DNA of 63,098 nucleotides, filler included, from Craspedostauros australis (GCA_030167865.1; 13 parts of 13 records of this genome joined end to end with filler, not necessarily neighbours in it); one strand, 5' to 3'. Positions 1 to 12,090 are shown, counted from the whole stretch's first letter. The notes: generated by a model not told the origin, from the sequence alone. Numbers and translations: made by a program.

Positions 1-594
1 AGTTTAACTCCGCTTCGTGATAACAGGACAATTTCGTTTCGTTGTTGTGACTGTCGCGGTTCTCATTGATGGACACATTGAAACATGAAACGACGTGGAC
101 ATTCCCAGTATACAGAATAGTTCGATTCTGTCGTATTTGTGACAGAAAGGTTGTCCCACTTAGCCTGTCACGTCAACTGACAAGTTTCGCTGTGGATACC
201 AGCATAATCGTAGCCAATTGGCCTGGCTGAATTGTGTTGTTGTTTTTGGGAAGTGTTGATTTGTGATTTGTGATGTATAAGTACCGCACCTTCCGATGTT
301 GCTGTTTTCGAATAATTTCCAATTCGTGTAATAGTGTATACTCTCCTCTCTTCTACTCTGCTCTACTCTACGCTAGTCTACTCCCTGTACAACACGCCAT
401 GATTTGTCTTGATTCGGAGTGAGTGAGTGAGTGAGTAGTGAATGGAGGGTGTCAGAGGAGGCGCATGGGATTGGGGTGAAGTGATAGGTGGAAGCAACTC
501 ATTGAAGTCATGCGCCGTACTGGAACGAAGCACCTGCTGGTGTGGAGAGCGCAGGAGGGTCCATCACCATGGCCAAGCACGGGTGCATTAGCAG
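1..594. repeat. Long inverted repeat, left copy (runs off the window start)
   Basis: The reverse complement of 1..594 aligns colinearly with 12203..12805, with scattered substitutions and small indels. For example, 1-15 AGTTTAACTCCGCTT pairs with 12791-12805 AAGCGGAGTTAAACT. Confidence 0.95.
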
Positions 595-1185
595 GTCTTC
601 CTGCTTCATCAATCCTTTGCCCTCCTCCTTCGATTGCCTCAGCTCCATTCTCATGAGCCAGTTTACCGAATGGAGTGCTCTGCTTTCTTCATTGTTCTCA
701 TTCTACTTGTTGAATCGCGACTAATAGCATGCTGCTCTCCTATTCTGGCCGCAGGAAAGCGCCAGCCAATATGGGATGCGAGAATTGGAGGTGGGCATCT
801 GTGCTGTTCGTCGTCTGAGTGTTCCGGACGCACGGTCTATCTGCCCACCTTCCTTCTCTGTGGATACGTGAAATCCTCGCGTTGTCTGCGTGACTGTGTG
901 CTGGACTGTCTGTTCAAACGTTGTATGTTTATTCGTCGATATGTCTGTCTGTTTATCGTCGTGTTCGAGAACATTGACGAATTTGAAGACTGCCGTTGTA
1001 GTCGATGTAGTCAGTTATCTCGAATCACAACACGAAACAGAACGGCCAAACCAAAACCACACAAACCCCCATGGCCACAAAACAACAAGGAACAGCACGC
1101 ACAAAAGCAGCAGCGCATTTTCGTAATTACATCAAGTGTCGCAGCACCATCCTCATACTCCGAAGTGGAGAGGACAGGATCGACG

Positions 1186-4100
1186 ATGGGGAGGCTCAGG
1201 ACGGGTCACCAGGAAGCGGAGGGATCATCCTCCTCGGAGGATGAAGATGCCTTCAGTTCCATGTCCAGAAAGAAGAAGCAGAAGCAGAAGCAGAAGAACA
1301 AGAACAAGAGGAAACGGTCAGAAAATGGGATCGAGCAATCGAAACCCGCCAAAGGAGCACCAGGAGGTGATGGCCATGGTGATGCTGCTACTGCTACTGC
1401 CGACACGCACAAGCAGCAGAAGACCGAGGAAGTTGGAAAGCCAACAGATAGCGCCAAACTGCCAACATCCAACACATCTTCCACGAAACGACACCACAAC
1501 ATCAATGACCAACGCAAAGCCAAGATGGATGCGTTGCTGTTGGAATTGAACTCTGACAAGCAGCAGCAGCAGAGCCATTACGGTCGGGCATCGACATCGC
1601 GTGACAACGCAAAGGGATCGTACGTGGAACGCGGGCAAGAGCATGCGACCACCAACATCTTCGTTGGAAATTTGGATCCAAGCATCACGGAAGAGCAACT
1701 CAGCGAATTGTTTGTCCAATTTGGTAAGAAATCCAAAACCCGTGTTGCGCAACGTTCCCGACGCTGCTGCTTGTATCGATCTCCATGTGCAACGGATGGA
1801 TGGAGATTGGAACTGAGACTTCTGTTGGATTTACGTCGGTAGATAGACAGATGGATCGGTGGATAGATAGGTGGATTGGTCAATGAAACGAAGCCTTGAA
1901 TGACTTCGGATTGTGATGCAACATTGGGACGGACGGGAACGAAATTGAACAGTCACAAGCGTGTGGAAGATGTAATGTGGTGTGTCGTATTGTGCTGAGA
2001 GCTGGCATCTCAGTCAGATGGATGATACTGCCTGGATCTGCCACAAAATCGCTTGGAGACATGCAACGAAGGTGACACAGTTTTGGAATTGCATTTCAAA
2101 ACAATTGATGGAACGGAGGGCGGGACCACCCCGGCAGCATCCACGCATCTCGTCGCAACCATTGTCGTCATATCTGCTCAACTCTCATCATCGTTTTGAA
2201 CACCCAATCAGGCGAATTGCATTCTGTCAAGATCATGTGGCCAAGAACTGAAGCGGAGAGAATGAGGCAACGAAATACCGGTATGTGCATGTTGGTTGGG
2301 CAGATTGCGGGAGAGTTCTGAACATAAGTGGTATACTCGTCGTATGTATGATGTGAGCCATTCGCAGCGTTCGGAGCAAGGGTGGTGACTTGTGTGCAAC
2401 ACTGAAACAGCCAGCAGAGGGTGTCATTCGTCATTCAGACAACGGACGAGAAATTGATCAAGAAACTGAGTATCTGGGCACTTTGTCGGCTGAGGACGAG
2501 GTCGCCGCCGTTGCGTGAAACACTGACAGCCTCATCCGATGCAAAACGACCAACTACACAAAACACACATACACACACATACCCGCGTGCTCCTCTCTTC
2601 CCGATTGACGTCCATCTCCCCGGGACCGCAAATGGATAGGATTCGTTTGCTTCAACAAGCGGTCAGACGCAGAAGAGGCTTTGGACGCATGCAGTGAGAC
2701 GGATCCCTTCCGAGTAGGGCGACGTCTCATGTTGCGTTGGGGCAAGGATATCCGACACAAGGTGCGGAAGGGCGCAGGCGCGAGCAACCATTTGGATGTC
2801 AGACGAAGAGACCGCAAGGATTCCACGTCGAGTCAAGGCGGTGCCGATGCAGAAGACAAGCATGCGAGTAAGCATGGAGGAGACACGCACGCGGCGAAGC
2901 CCGCAGGGATGCCTACCATCAAGACCGAAGCAAACGATCCAGGCCAGCAACATATTAGCAACCATCGCTCTTCCGCAAACGATCCCAGACCGCCGATCAA
3001 AGTTGTCGCTCCAGCCGACCCTGCCCGGTGCCGTTTCATCACGACGGTGGCACGATTTGTTGCAGGCGACGGGTCTCAGTTGGAGAATCGTCTGATCGAG
3101 AAGCACAGGGCTGACGATCGTTACGCCTTCCTCAAGCCGTCCATGAGCGATGCACAGTCCCTGGAAGAACACATCTTCTACCGCTGGCGTGTCTACTCGT
3201 TCTGCCAAAATGACTCCGTTTCTGCATGGCGGCCCGAGCCATTTGTCATGCTGCACTCCGTCGGCGGGTCATGGGCTCCACCAGCCGTCGATTCTGTGGG
3301 TGGATTAGTCGAACCAAAGACAGTCATCGAGAAGCCCACTGTGCAGCGCGTACAGTACGCGACAGGACGGCAGCGTGAACGCGCCCGCGCAAAGCGCGGC
3401 TACGGGCGTCACCACAAGACGGACGGCAGCGAGGATCTGGACAAGGAAGACAAGGAGGAATTTCACAAACTCACCAGAATCCATCTTTCCAACTCGAGGC
3501 GGAGCATCTGCGAGGCCATGGCATTCTGCTTCGAACGAGGTTACGCCGCACGCTCCATCGCGGAGCTCCTCCGCATCCTGGTCATGGACAACGGTGCTGG
3601 CGTCGATGTCGGCACCAAAATCGCACGATTGTTCCTCATCTCCGACATTCTCTTCAATTCCCAGCAGCCGGGCGTCCGCAATGCATTCTTGTACAGGGAC
3701 GCAATTGCAAAGATGGCGCCGGATGTGTTCACCAATTTGGGCCAGTACGGCGGTCCAGAAATTGGTCGTCTGTCCAAACACAAGCTCCGCACGGCCGTTC
3801 GGGGTGTGCTAGGAGCATGGACGGAATGGAGTGTGTACAGCCCTACCTTCATGGAGGAGCTTCAGGGCCGATTTGAAGGTCGGCCTGTCGAAGAGAAAGG
3901 TAAGCCGAAGGCTGGCTCCAACTCGCAGTCAACTTCTTCGTCTCCTCCGTCTGCATCAGGCCAACTTAGGCTGAGGCAGGAAGATGATAACAGCAATGCA
4001 CGACAGCAGCAGGCATCACCCACGCAGTCGCATGATGCTGGCAACAAGCGCGAAGAGGATCACAGCATTCTAGCAAAGCCCAACCATGCGCCACGGCCAT

Positions 4101-4330
4101 TCGTCTTCGAGCAAAAGCAAGCGGACCTGAACACGAGTCTCAGCCATTACGGCAGAGACGCAAGTGCAGATGCTGTGAATGGTAGAACGAACCATCAGGA
4201 TGACGACACAATTTCCATTGACAGCATTGATGGCGAGCCCCTTGGCGAGGATGATGTGATCGCAGGACCTGATGACGATTTCGAAATGAGCAACGGCGAA
4301 GCAATAATAATGGAGGGCATCTCATCGTAA
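1186..4330 (+). CDS. U2SURP: U2 snRNP-associated SURP motif-containing protein (SR140-like; RRM + SURP + CID); join(1186..1723,2212..2280,2640..4330)
   Basis: Splicing at GTAAG(1724)..AG(2211) and GTATGT(2281)..AG(2639) rebuilds a continuous RRM: TTNIFVGNLDPSITEEQLSELFVQFG-ELHSVKIMWPRTEAERMRQRNTG-FVCFNKRSDAEEAL. It is followed by SURP (FITTVARFVAGDG..HIFYRWRVYSF) and CID (KIARLFLISDILFNS..VLGAWTEWSVY). Confidence 0.92.
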
Positions 4331-4517
4331 AGCATTTAATTCAATTCAATTCATCTTCTGTGCCTTACTAAAACTCAGTTTTGCATGACGAGGCATGCTT
4401 CATCATTCCCACGGACGTACTCGCAGTCTAGCTGCATGCCGATCATCAAAAGGATGCGACGGATAGCTGTTTGGTTCGCACCTACCATGATAGTACATAC
4501 CACACTTCACGTTCGTG

Positions 4518-7500
4518 TCAGCCGCTCTTCCTCTTCTTCGTGCTTGCATTGAGCAGCGCCATTAGCGCGGACCTCCCACGAGCACTCGAGGCTGTGCTCA
4601 TTGCATCGTGGTCCATGGTGCTGATCGTTTCGGAAACAGATTCATGATCGGACGATTCCGCTTGCCCTGGTATTGGTGATTCTGCCACTTCTACATCAGG
4701 AGCAATGACCCTGCTGTCCGATGTTTTGGGCTGCTGCTTTGTTGCGCTCAGATCTGTGCCTGGCGTTTGCTTTTTCTTGCGTTTGTTCCGTCCTGCAGTT
4801 GCATCTGCAGAAATGCCCTCTTGGCCTTTGTTGGATTCATCAGCCTTCTTTCGCTTCGCTGTCTTCCGCTTTGGTGGCAATTTCTGGTTTTGAACACGTT
4901 CGAGTAGCGCGGAAAGTGCTCGCTTACCATGAGCGGTAGATTGCGAACCAACCGACTGGCCATCGCTGAGATCAAAGTTCTGCGGCGACAGACGAGCAAC
5001 CGCCCTCCTTGCTCTCAGCGATCGACGCCGAGAAACTGGGAGGGGCGATTCTGCATCTGCTGGCGATGATTCGGTCGGCTTGGATCGGGCCTTGTTCTGT
5101 GATCGAGTTCCAGTTCGAGTTCTTGCGGGGAGCCGAGCCTGGCTATCTTTTTCAACAACTCCAGATAGCAATGTTGCGAGCGCATCCTTACCGGCTCCAG
5201 CGGACCTTGATCCGACTGAGCGCGCATCGCCATTGGTATCATCTTTGTGTTCGGCGGGTGGCTTTGCTCGAGATGATCTCGTCCTGCGGCGAGCTGGGTG
5301 TCCCGTTTGACGTGCCGAAGCTTGTCGCAACAATGATGCCAATGCGTCATTGCCAACTGTAGTGGATTTCGACCCAACGGAGTGCTCGTCGTCAGCACCG
5401 TCCAGATCAGCGCTTGGATCATTTCTACGTTTTGCGGGTGCCGTTGCCCGGGACGGCCGCGCCTTCCGCCTGATCGGCTGCTTGGCTGGCCTCTGCGCGG
5501 CCTGCTGCAACAAAGAAGCTATTGCATTCTTCCCAACTGCGGTCGATTTTGTTCCAATGGATTCAGCATCATCCCTTTGCTTGCTGCCAATATAGTCTTC
5601 GGTCGTGCTCTGCTGAGGCCGTGCGACGCGGCTTCTCTTTGCTCTTGTGGGACGTTCGCCACGAGCGTCGTCGCGCCGCTTGCGAACCGATCTTCGGTGT
5701 TGGCTGCTTGCTTCCGCAAGAAGAAGCTTCAACGCATAGTCTCCCGCAGCTGTGGATGCTACCGAGACGCTGTCATCGACAACGTCATTGACTTCGTTCA
5801 AATCATCGTCGCTGTCTTGCTCGCCACGATCCATCCCCAATCCAGTGAAAACATCATCTTCGTCGCTGTCATTTTCTTCGATCTCACGGAGGAGGATGTC
5901 TTCATCATCACCGACATCGGCACTGCCATGATCATCTCCCAAGGAAGAGGCCGACGATAAGTCAGATGCACTGCTGCCGTCATCCTGGCGGTGATGAGCT
6001 ATGAGCAATGGAAAGACACTCTTTTTGTTCGCCTTTGGCCGTGCTCTCCTACGTGCCGTCAACTCCTGATTATCGTTCGATGCTTTGGCTTTGGTAGTAC
6101 GAGTTGACATGAGAAGACGCCGCAGCGCTTGTTGACCGTCGCCGGTGGCTCTTGATTCATTCTCGGCTGCCATTGTATCGTGATCTGTCCTCCGGCTGTT
6201 CTCATCACTCCCGTCAACCTCTTCAGATTCGATGGATACGTTCCCTTTTCTTCTCGCCGCCTTCTGCGCAATGGCGTCCGTTGGGGATCTCCGCTGACTA
6301 CCCCTCCGTTTCCGTCTCTGCACGTTCGCGCTATTTTGCTTCGGCTCTTCAGCATCTGCCAAGTGCGCCATGAGCAAACGGCGCAGGGCTCTCTGACCAT
6401 CCCCAGTCGCATGAGAGAGATCGTCGTTGTCGACGGCATTGGTGTTTCGTTTCCTCCCACCTGCGCTTTTCGTTGCGGTTGCATCGCCTCCAGAGTTCCC
6501 CTGCATCGCATCGCTCGAGTCTTTTCCACGATGAATGACCTTCACCACTTTCTTCTTTTTTGCCTGCTGCTCTTTCTTCTTCTTTTGCTTGGCTTCCTTG
6601 CTGCGTTGCTTGTCGGCGATCTGTTCTTGCAATTCTCTTCGTTCTTGCTCCGCCCACTGCTTCTGCCTGCGTTGATGCATCTGACGTTGAACGTGCGGCA
6701 ACACCGATACCTTGAGCATACTGAGAACGGCAGGGTTGATACGTTTCGGCAACTTGAAATTGACCCCAGTTGTTTTGTCTCCATCGCATGTCACTTTCAA
6801 CACAGCGCTTTGCATTTCTGTCGAGGTTTGGGCTGCCTGGGCGGTAACCTGACCCGTGATTTTGGCGCCCTGTTCCAAATTGGCGGATGCTTCGTTTGGC
6901 GTCGATCGGTCGGAGGCTCCAGCATGACGATCATGAGTCGTGGTTGCAATATCATCTTCGCGCCTGGCGTTCTGGTCCACATCCATTGCGCTCGCGTTTG
7001 AAGTGTCATCACTAGCATCATCGTGATCGCTGTCGTCATCTACATCATGTTTCTGTTCGCCATTACTGCCGACGACCGCAGCATCATCCCGAAAGAGGCC
7101 AGCCAAATGTTTCCGCACTCTCGCCATCTTTTTCGTTTGCCCTTGTCTCAATGGGAAGCGAATCGCGCGAAGCTGCGATTGATATGAATCTATGGCAGCA
7201 TTGGAGTTCAATAATAGCTCGTCGATGCTCTTCCTCGATGCAGCTTGATCGTCTGCAGTGATATCCTCCTCTACAGAAGCATGCGGCGGTGGGTCGGAGC
7301 GAACAGCACCGGTGTTCTGCTGTCCATCTGTCTTCTTCGCCTTCTCTTGCGACAGCAACCTTTTGTTCCAGCATTTGGATTCGTAGTCGGCATGCCCAAC
7401 GAGTCCTTCCAATGATGCGGGACCTGTGTACTCGCATAGATCAAGGCTCGGCTTCAGCCGATCAAACACGCATGTGAAATCTCTTGCAATTCCACAAGTG

Positions 7501-8231
7501 CAGATGTGCGAAAGTGTTTGATGCTGAGGACCACCCACCGCTTGCGCAGGTTTTTGCGATGCTGTTTGACGCTCCGCTTCCCTGCATACAATCTCCAGCA
7601 TCTTCCAATAGCCCATGCGACATTTGTTCGTCTCGGCGATCGCTTTCTCTTGCCATTCCTGAATGCGGAGGTAGCATTCTCGATCGATGCGAATGCGCTG
7701 ATTGAAGGGCCGCCGATACATCATCTTGTAATTCTCCAACGACATCAATCGTGTTGGGAGCAATCCTTTTGGTTCGAGATGCGTTGTCATGGGATGAGTC
7801 TCCTTGAGCGTGTACAGCAAGAATACGACGGCGGCAGCTTCCTCCACCGAACTCGCTTCGCGCAGCAATGAGAAGCACGATGCGTACACCAGCTGCGAGA
7901 AAGCTTGATGGCTGGATCGTGATGGAATGGTCTGGAACACTTTTGCGACGTCGCCATCGCGGAATAATTCACCGAATGCACGGAACGCGGCGCCGAGTGC
8001 AGCGTGCGGAGCATCCCCCAACGATGAGTCCTCTTTTGCTGCTGCGGCGGTGGCGGAGGCGTTGTTGGATCCTTCCGCACGATAGCTCTGCAGGAAGAGC
8101 TTCAAGATCTGCCTCATGTCCTTCTCCATCGCGCGCTGCAGTGGCCCGCCACGCGTCAAGCCGCCCTCCTTTGTGGCTGCGCTGACTTTGGTCCTGCCAT
8201 ACGCCGCGGGTCTCAGCTTGTACGACAGCAT
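4518..8231 (-). CDS. SNAPC1/SNAP43-like N-terminal domain protein with long disordered, repeat-containing C-terminus
   Basis: Long open frame, with likely ATG at 8231 (MLSYKLRP). The N-terminus MEKDMRQILKLF..AFRAFGELFRD..AVVFLLYTLKETHP..RIRID resembles the SNAPC1 pattern (F..F..LW..GALYLLY.LY.TQ..KIRV). The family assignment is by eye. Confidence 0.6.
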   Translation of the reverse strand: MLSYKLRPAAYGRTKVSAATKEGGLTRGGPLQRAMEKDMRQILKLFLQSYRAEGSNNASATAAAAKEDSSLGDAPHAALGAAFRAFGELFRDGDVAKVFQTIPSRSSHQAFSQLVYASCFSLLREASSVEEAAAVVFLLYTLKETHPMTTHLEPKGLLPTRLMSLENYKMMYRRPFNQRIRIDRECYLRIQEWQEKAIAETNKCRMGYWKMLEIVCREAERQTASQKPAQAVGGPQHQTLSHICTCGIARDFTCVFDRLKPSLDLCEYTGPASLEGLVGHADYESKCWNKRLLSQEKAKKTDGQQNTGAVRSDPPPHASVEEDITADDQAASRKSIDELLLNSNAAIDSYQSQLRAIRFPLRQGQTKKMARVRKHLAGLFRDDAAVVGSNGEQKHDVDDDSDHDDASDDTSNASAMDVDQNARREDDIATTTHDRHAGASDRSTPNEASANLEQGAKITGQVTAQAAQTSTEMQSAVLKVTCDGDKTTGVNFKLPKRINPAVLSMLKVSVLPHVQRQMHQRRQKQWAEQERRELQEQIADKQRSKEAKQKKKKEQQAKKKKVVKVIHRGKDSSDAMQGNSGGDATATKSAGGRKRNTNAVDNDDLSHATGDGQRALRRLLMAHLADAEEPKQNSANVQRRKRRGSQRRSPTDAIAQKAARRKGNVSIESEEVDGSDENSRRTDHDTMAAENESRATGDGQQALRRLLMSTRTTKAKASNDNQELTARRRARPKANKKSVFPLLIAHHRQDDGSSASDLSSASSLGDDHGSADVGDDEDILLREIEENDSDEDDVFTGLGMDRGEQDSDDDLNEVNDVVDDSVSVASTAAGDYALKLLLAEASSQHRRSVRKRRDDARGERPTRAKRSRVARPQQSTTEDYIGSKQRDDAESIGTKSTAVGKNAIASLLQQAAQRPAKQPIRRKARPSRATAPAKRRNDPSADLDGADDEHSVGSKSTTVGNDALASLLRQASARQTGHPARRRTRSSRAKPPAEHKDDTNGDARSVGSRSAGAGKDALATLLSGVVEKDSQARLPARTRTGTRSQNKARSKPTESSPADAESPLPVSRRRSLRARRAVARLSPQNFDLSDGQSVGSQSTAHGKRALSALLERVQNQKLPPKRKTAKRKKADESNKGQEGISADATAGRNKRKKKQTPGTDLSATKQQPKTSDSRVIAPDVEVAESPIPGQAESSDHESVSETISTMDHDAMSTASSARGRSALMALLNASTKKRKSG

Positions 8232-9024
8232 GATGTCCGCAACTCTGAGGCATGAACATGGAAGATGCTGCGTCGGAGTCAGCCTCGGGTGCGCGAGGAT
8301 GACGCAATGTCCGCACGCCCCAGATTTCGGTGCGCATACAACCGAATGGGCGACCTGCGTCCTCGCGAGAGTTTGTCTCGAAGCTCCGCAGTCTCTGTGT
8401 GTTGCCTGTGTTACTACTATTATGGTTGTTGTGGTTGTCACCGTTGTTGTTGTTGGTGGGAGAACAAGGAAGATCCATCACGATTCAGTTTTGGCGCCAA
8501 ACCATGACAATAGACTCATTGGACCAATGGACGTTTACTGACTCACTGGATCGCAAGATTGTCTCGTGTCATTTTGGCAGAACTTGGCTCGGAAGATCGC
8601 AAGTGCGACACAGATTCGACACGATTGCCATTAAGTATTGAGGAGATGGGAGGTAAGAACACCAATGAACAAAGTTCTTCGTCATTCTTGATGCTTCCCA
8701 CGTCATCGCCTCCGAAACAACCAAAATGATGCCGAAAACAACGAACAACACACGAGAGAAACGCACTACTGCCACCGCGGACACCAACGACGAACAACGA
8801 TCCTCATCCATTCCAACTGCTTCATGCATCTCCCTCCTCTCACAATTTCATCTCAAGAGAGGAGAGATCCAGCAACATCAGCACGAAACAGTAGCACGAA
8901 ACAAAGACCACAAGACGCGTCTCATCCATCTTCGAAGGTGAAGAACCCATCAAACCACACGTACGACAACGGCAGCAAATACCCGTCATTCGTCATTCGT
9001 CATTCTCAGTCGAAGTCTTCCGCG

Positions 9025-12000
9025 ATGGACAAGTTGGGCAACTCGGTGATCTTCTTCGTCGCAACCGTCCTTGCCGTAGCAGCGGCCATCGTCACCACAG
9101 ACAGTCCAGCATCTCGCAGCAGCGTGCAACCGGGAACGTCGATTCCCAACGTCATCCGAAACAGCAACAGGAACAACACTGGCAACGTCGACGGCGTGAC
9201 CAACGACACATCTGCCAGCACGAGCGCCAACATCGACATTAATATCAACAGCAACAACATCGGTGGCTTTGGCATCAAGCAACGCCGTCGCAAAGACCAA
9301 GAGGAGACGTCAAACACGCGGACCATGCTGTGCGGTAACAACGACGCAGTCGACAGCGGCAATACTGGTGCGGCCACCAGACGCGACGAGCCAAGCTTCT
9401 TCGTCAAGCAACGCCGTCGCATCACCGTCTTCCGCATGGCAATCCAGATCTACATCGAGTACCAATTTGCGAAGCGCAAGGCGAAGCGCATGCAACGCAA
9501 TCTCCAATTGACCGACGCGCAAGCCGAGGATCATCCGGATATCATCCAATTCTGGAGCCATGTGAACCGCAAGGTGGCGCAGCGCCTCACGGGCCAGATC
9601 AAGGCGCTAGAAGGGTTCTGGGTCAAGGTCGGGCAGTACCTCAGCTCCCGCGCCGACGTGATGCCGCTCGAATATATCCAGGAACTATCGGCGTTGCAGG
9701 ACAGCATGCCGGAGCGTAACTTCGAGAAGGATATCATGACCACGCTTCGAGAGGAGCTCACGCCTGCCCAGTTTGAGGCCCTCGAATCCATCGATCCCAA
9801 TTCCCTCTCGACTGCATCATTGGCGCAGGTGCACCGTGCCAAGCTGACGAATGGGCAGGATGTGGTGATCAAGGTGCAGCACCGCGGCGTGGCTTCATTG
9901 ATGAGGCAGGACATTGAAAATCTCCGCGTCATCATGAAAGTTCTGGCCCGTTTCGAACCTGATTTCGATTATGAGCCCGTCGTCAAGGAGTACTCCACGG
10001 AGGTGGAGAAGGAGCTGGATTTCCGCACGGAAGCCGTCAACATGAACGAGGTCCGGCTACTGCTGGCGGAGAACAAGGTCGATGCGATCGTACCGCGGGC
10101 CATTCCAGACCTGGTCACGGAACGCGTGCTGGTGATGGAGTTCTGCCACGGATTCGCGGTTCGCGACCTCAAGGCGATGGATGAGCACAACGTGGACAGG
10201 AGGCTGCTGCTGGAGCGCATCTGCGCGGCTTGGGCAGTCCAGATGCACGTTGGTGGCGTTTTCAACGCAGACCCCCACTACGGCAACATCCTCGTCTCGA
10301 CGGCACCGGGAAAAGATAGCTCCGTCCCCGTCTTGCTGGATTTTGGACTGACCAAGCGCCTCGATGACAACATGAAGGTAGCATTCTCTCGTCTCATGCA
10401 TGCATCGGATGTGGGTGACGTCGATGAGATGCTTCGGAGCTTCGATGAGATGGGGCTCAAGATGAACGATCATGATCCCTTTGAGGACATGGCATCCATG
10501 CAGCGCTCATTCAAGGAGACCGTGCCACAGACAGAAGCCAAGGAAGTTCAGAAGCAGCGCTCTCAAGACTACAGAGCGCGCGTCGATGCAATGAAGAAGG
10601 ACCAGGGCCTGGGTGAGAAACAGAAGCTCCGCAACCCCGTCGAAGCATGGCCGTCCGAACTGGTCTTCTTCGGTCGGGTCAGCGGTCTGCTCCGAGGACT
10701 GTGTTCCTACCTCGATGTCAAGTATCCGTACCTCAACACCATGGCGAACGCGGCTCGTGTCACGATCTGCGAAACCGTCCCGATCGATGACCAAGCCAAG
10801 TCTTTGGTCCACCGCGAGTCATCCATTACCGATGTCACTCTGCGTGAGAAGTTGGAGAGTGCGATCGGGGACATGCAGAAGCAAGGCAACATGGTGGGTC
10901 TTCAACTGAACGTTCGTGTCGCTGGCGAGGAGCTCATAAACGTTGCAGCCGGCGTGCTAGGATCTGCCAATCCGCGCCCGGTCACTCCTTCGACGCTGTT
11001 CAACATCTTCTCCGTCGGCAAGGCGTACCTGACGATCGGCATCCTCCGACTGGTCCAGGACGGCAAGGTCCGTCTGGATGAGCCAGTCGCGACATACTGG
11101 CCAGAATTCGGAAAGAAAGATATCACCGTCCGACACGTCTTGTCGCATCAAAGTGGATTGGCGAATGCGATGCCACGAGAAGGTACGCTCGACACCATGC
11201 TGGATTGGAACGGCATGAAGAAATTCATGGAGACAACAGACGCTGAGCACCCGGCTGGGCAACAGACAAAGTACCATTACCTATCGTTCGCGTGGCTATG
11301 CGGAGGCATCATCGAGGCAGTGACGAAGCAACCGTACGATCAGTATCTGAAGAGCATCCTTACCCAGAGCGACGGCGACGATGTCCTGCACTTGCATACG
11401 GGAGGACTGCCGGAGGAAATTGAGAGCGATGCGTTGGCGGTTTTATCCATCGTTCGAAGTGACTTGGAAGGGTCAATGGATGCGGCAGCCGAAGCCGCGA
11501 AGCGAGAGAAGATGGAGAAGATGAAGCAGCTGAAGGCCAAGCAAGAAGCTCAAAGCAAAGAGATCGAATCCGTCGAGAGCAAGGATGACAAAAAAGAAGG
11601 CGAGGAACACAAGCAGGTGCTGCAGAAGTACAAAGGTCGCGAGCAGCTCATGAATCCGTCGGTGTTTAACATGAGGAAGGTGCGAGACGCCAAGCTCCCA
11701 TCGGCCAACATGCACGCATCCGCGTCATCGCTGGCGAAGGTGATGGATGACATCATTACGAAAGAGCATGCCCTCACGACTGACACCATTGCGATGGCCC
11801 AAAAGCAACAGGGCGAAGTTCAGGGAGCAGAGAACGCCCTGCTGGATGACTCGTCCGCTTTCTTTGGGCTTGGTTTCCAGGTCCACGAATTCGAGCATGA
11901 AGGCCGCAAAGTCTTCTCTTTTGGCCATGCTGGATTGGGCGGCAGCTTGGTGATCTGCATCCCGGATGCCAAGTTGTCAGTCGCTTTCACCACCAACCAG

Positions 12001-12090
12001 CTTTCCCAGAATCCAGCGACCCGCAATACTCTGCTGAAGATCGTGTTTGAAGAATTCAACTTGAAGGCCCCGGACAGCGTTCTGCGATAA
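9025..12090 (+). CDS. ABC1/UbiB (ADCK) atypical kinase fused to a serine beta-lactamase-like domain
   Basis: Kinase motifs are VKVGQYLSSRAD, TASLAQVHRA, VVIKVQ, ELDF, FNADPHYGN and LLDFG. Beta-lactamase motifs are FSVGK (SxxK), LSHQSGL, YHY and FGHAG. The N-terminus after ATG 9025 is hydrophobic. Confidence 0.9.
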   Translation: MDKLGNSVIFFVATVLAVAAAIVTTDSPASRSSVQPGTSIPNVIRNSNRNNTGNVDGVTNDTSASTSANIDININSNNIGGFGIKQRRRKDQEETSNTRTMLCGNNDAVDSGNTGAATRRDEPSFFVKQRRRITVFRMAIQIYIEYQFAKRKAKRMQRNLQLTDAQAEDHPDIIQFWSHVNRKVAQRLTGQIKALEGFWVKVGQYLSSRADVMPLEYIQELSALQDSMPERNFEKDIMTTLREELTPAQFEALESIDPNSLSTASLAQVHRAKLTNGQDVVIKVQHRGVASLMRQDIENLRVIMKVLARFEPDFDYEPVVKEYSTEVEKELDFRTEAVNMNEVRLLLAENKVDAIVPRAIPDLVTERVLVMEFCHGFAVRDLKAMDEHNVDRRLLLERICAAWAVQMHVGGVFNADPHYGNILVSTAPGKDSSVPVLLDFGLTKRLDDNMKVAFSRLMHASDVGDVDEMLRSFDEMGLKMNDHDPFEDMASMQRSFKETVPQTEAKEVQKQRSQDYRARVDAMKKDQGLGEKQKLRNPVEAWPSELVFFGRVSGLLRGLCSYLDVKYPYLNTMANAARVTICETVPIDDQAKSLVHRESSITDVTLREKLESAIGDMQKQGNMVGLQLNVRVAGEELINVAAGVLGSANPRPVTPSTLFNIFSVGKAYLTIGILRLVQDGKVRLDEPVATYWPEFGKKDITVRHVLSHQSGLANAMPREGTLDTMLDWNGMKKFMETTDAEHPAGQQTKYHYLSFAWLCGGIIEAVTKQPYDQYLKSILTQSDGDDVLHLHTGGLPEEIESDALAVLSIVRSDLEGSMDAAAEAAKREKMEKMKQLKAKQEAQSKEIESVESKDDKKEGEEHKQVLQKYKGREQLMNPSVFNMRKVRDAKLPSANMHASASSLAKVMDDIITKEHALTTDTIAMAQKQQGEVQGAENALLDDSSAFFGLGFQVHEFEHEGRKVFSFGHAGLGGSLVICIPDAKLSVAFTTNQLSQNPATRNTLLKIVFEEFNLKAPDSVLR

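Noticed and set aside
634..1842. 402-aa ORF as a standalone gene
   Set aside because: It starts at a non-ATG codon in non-coding sequence and reads into intron 1. The real part is exon 1 of U2SURP (1186..1723).
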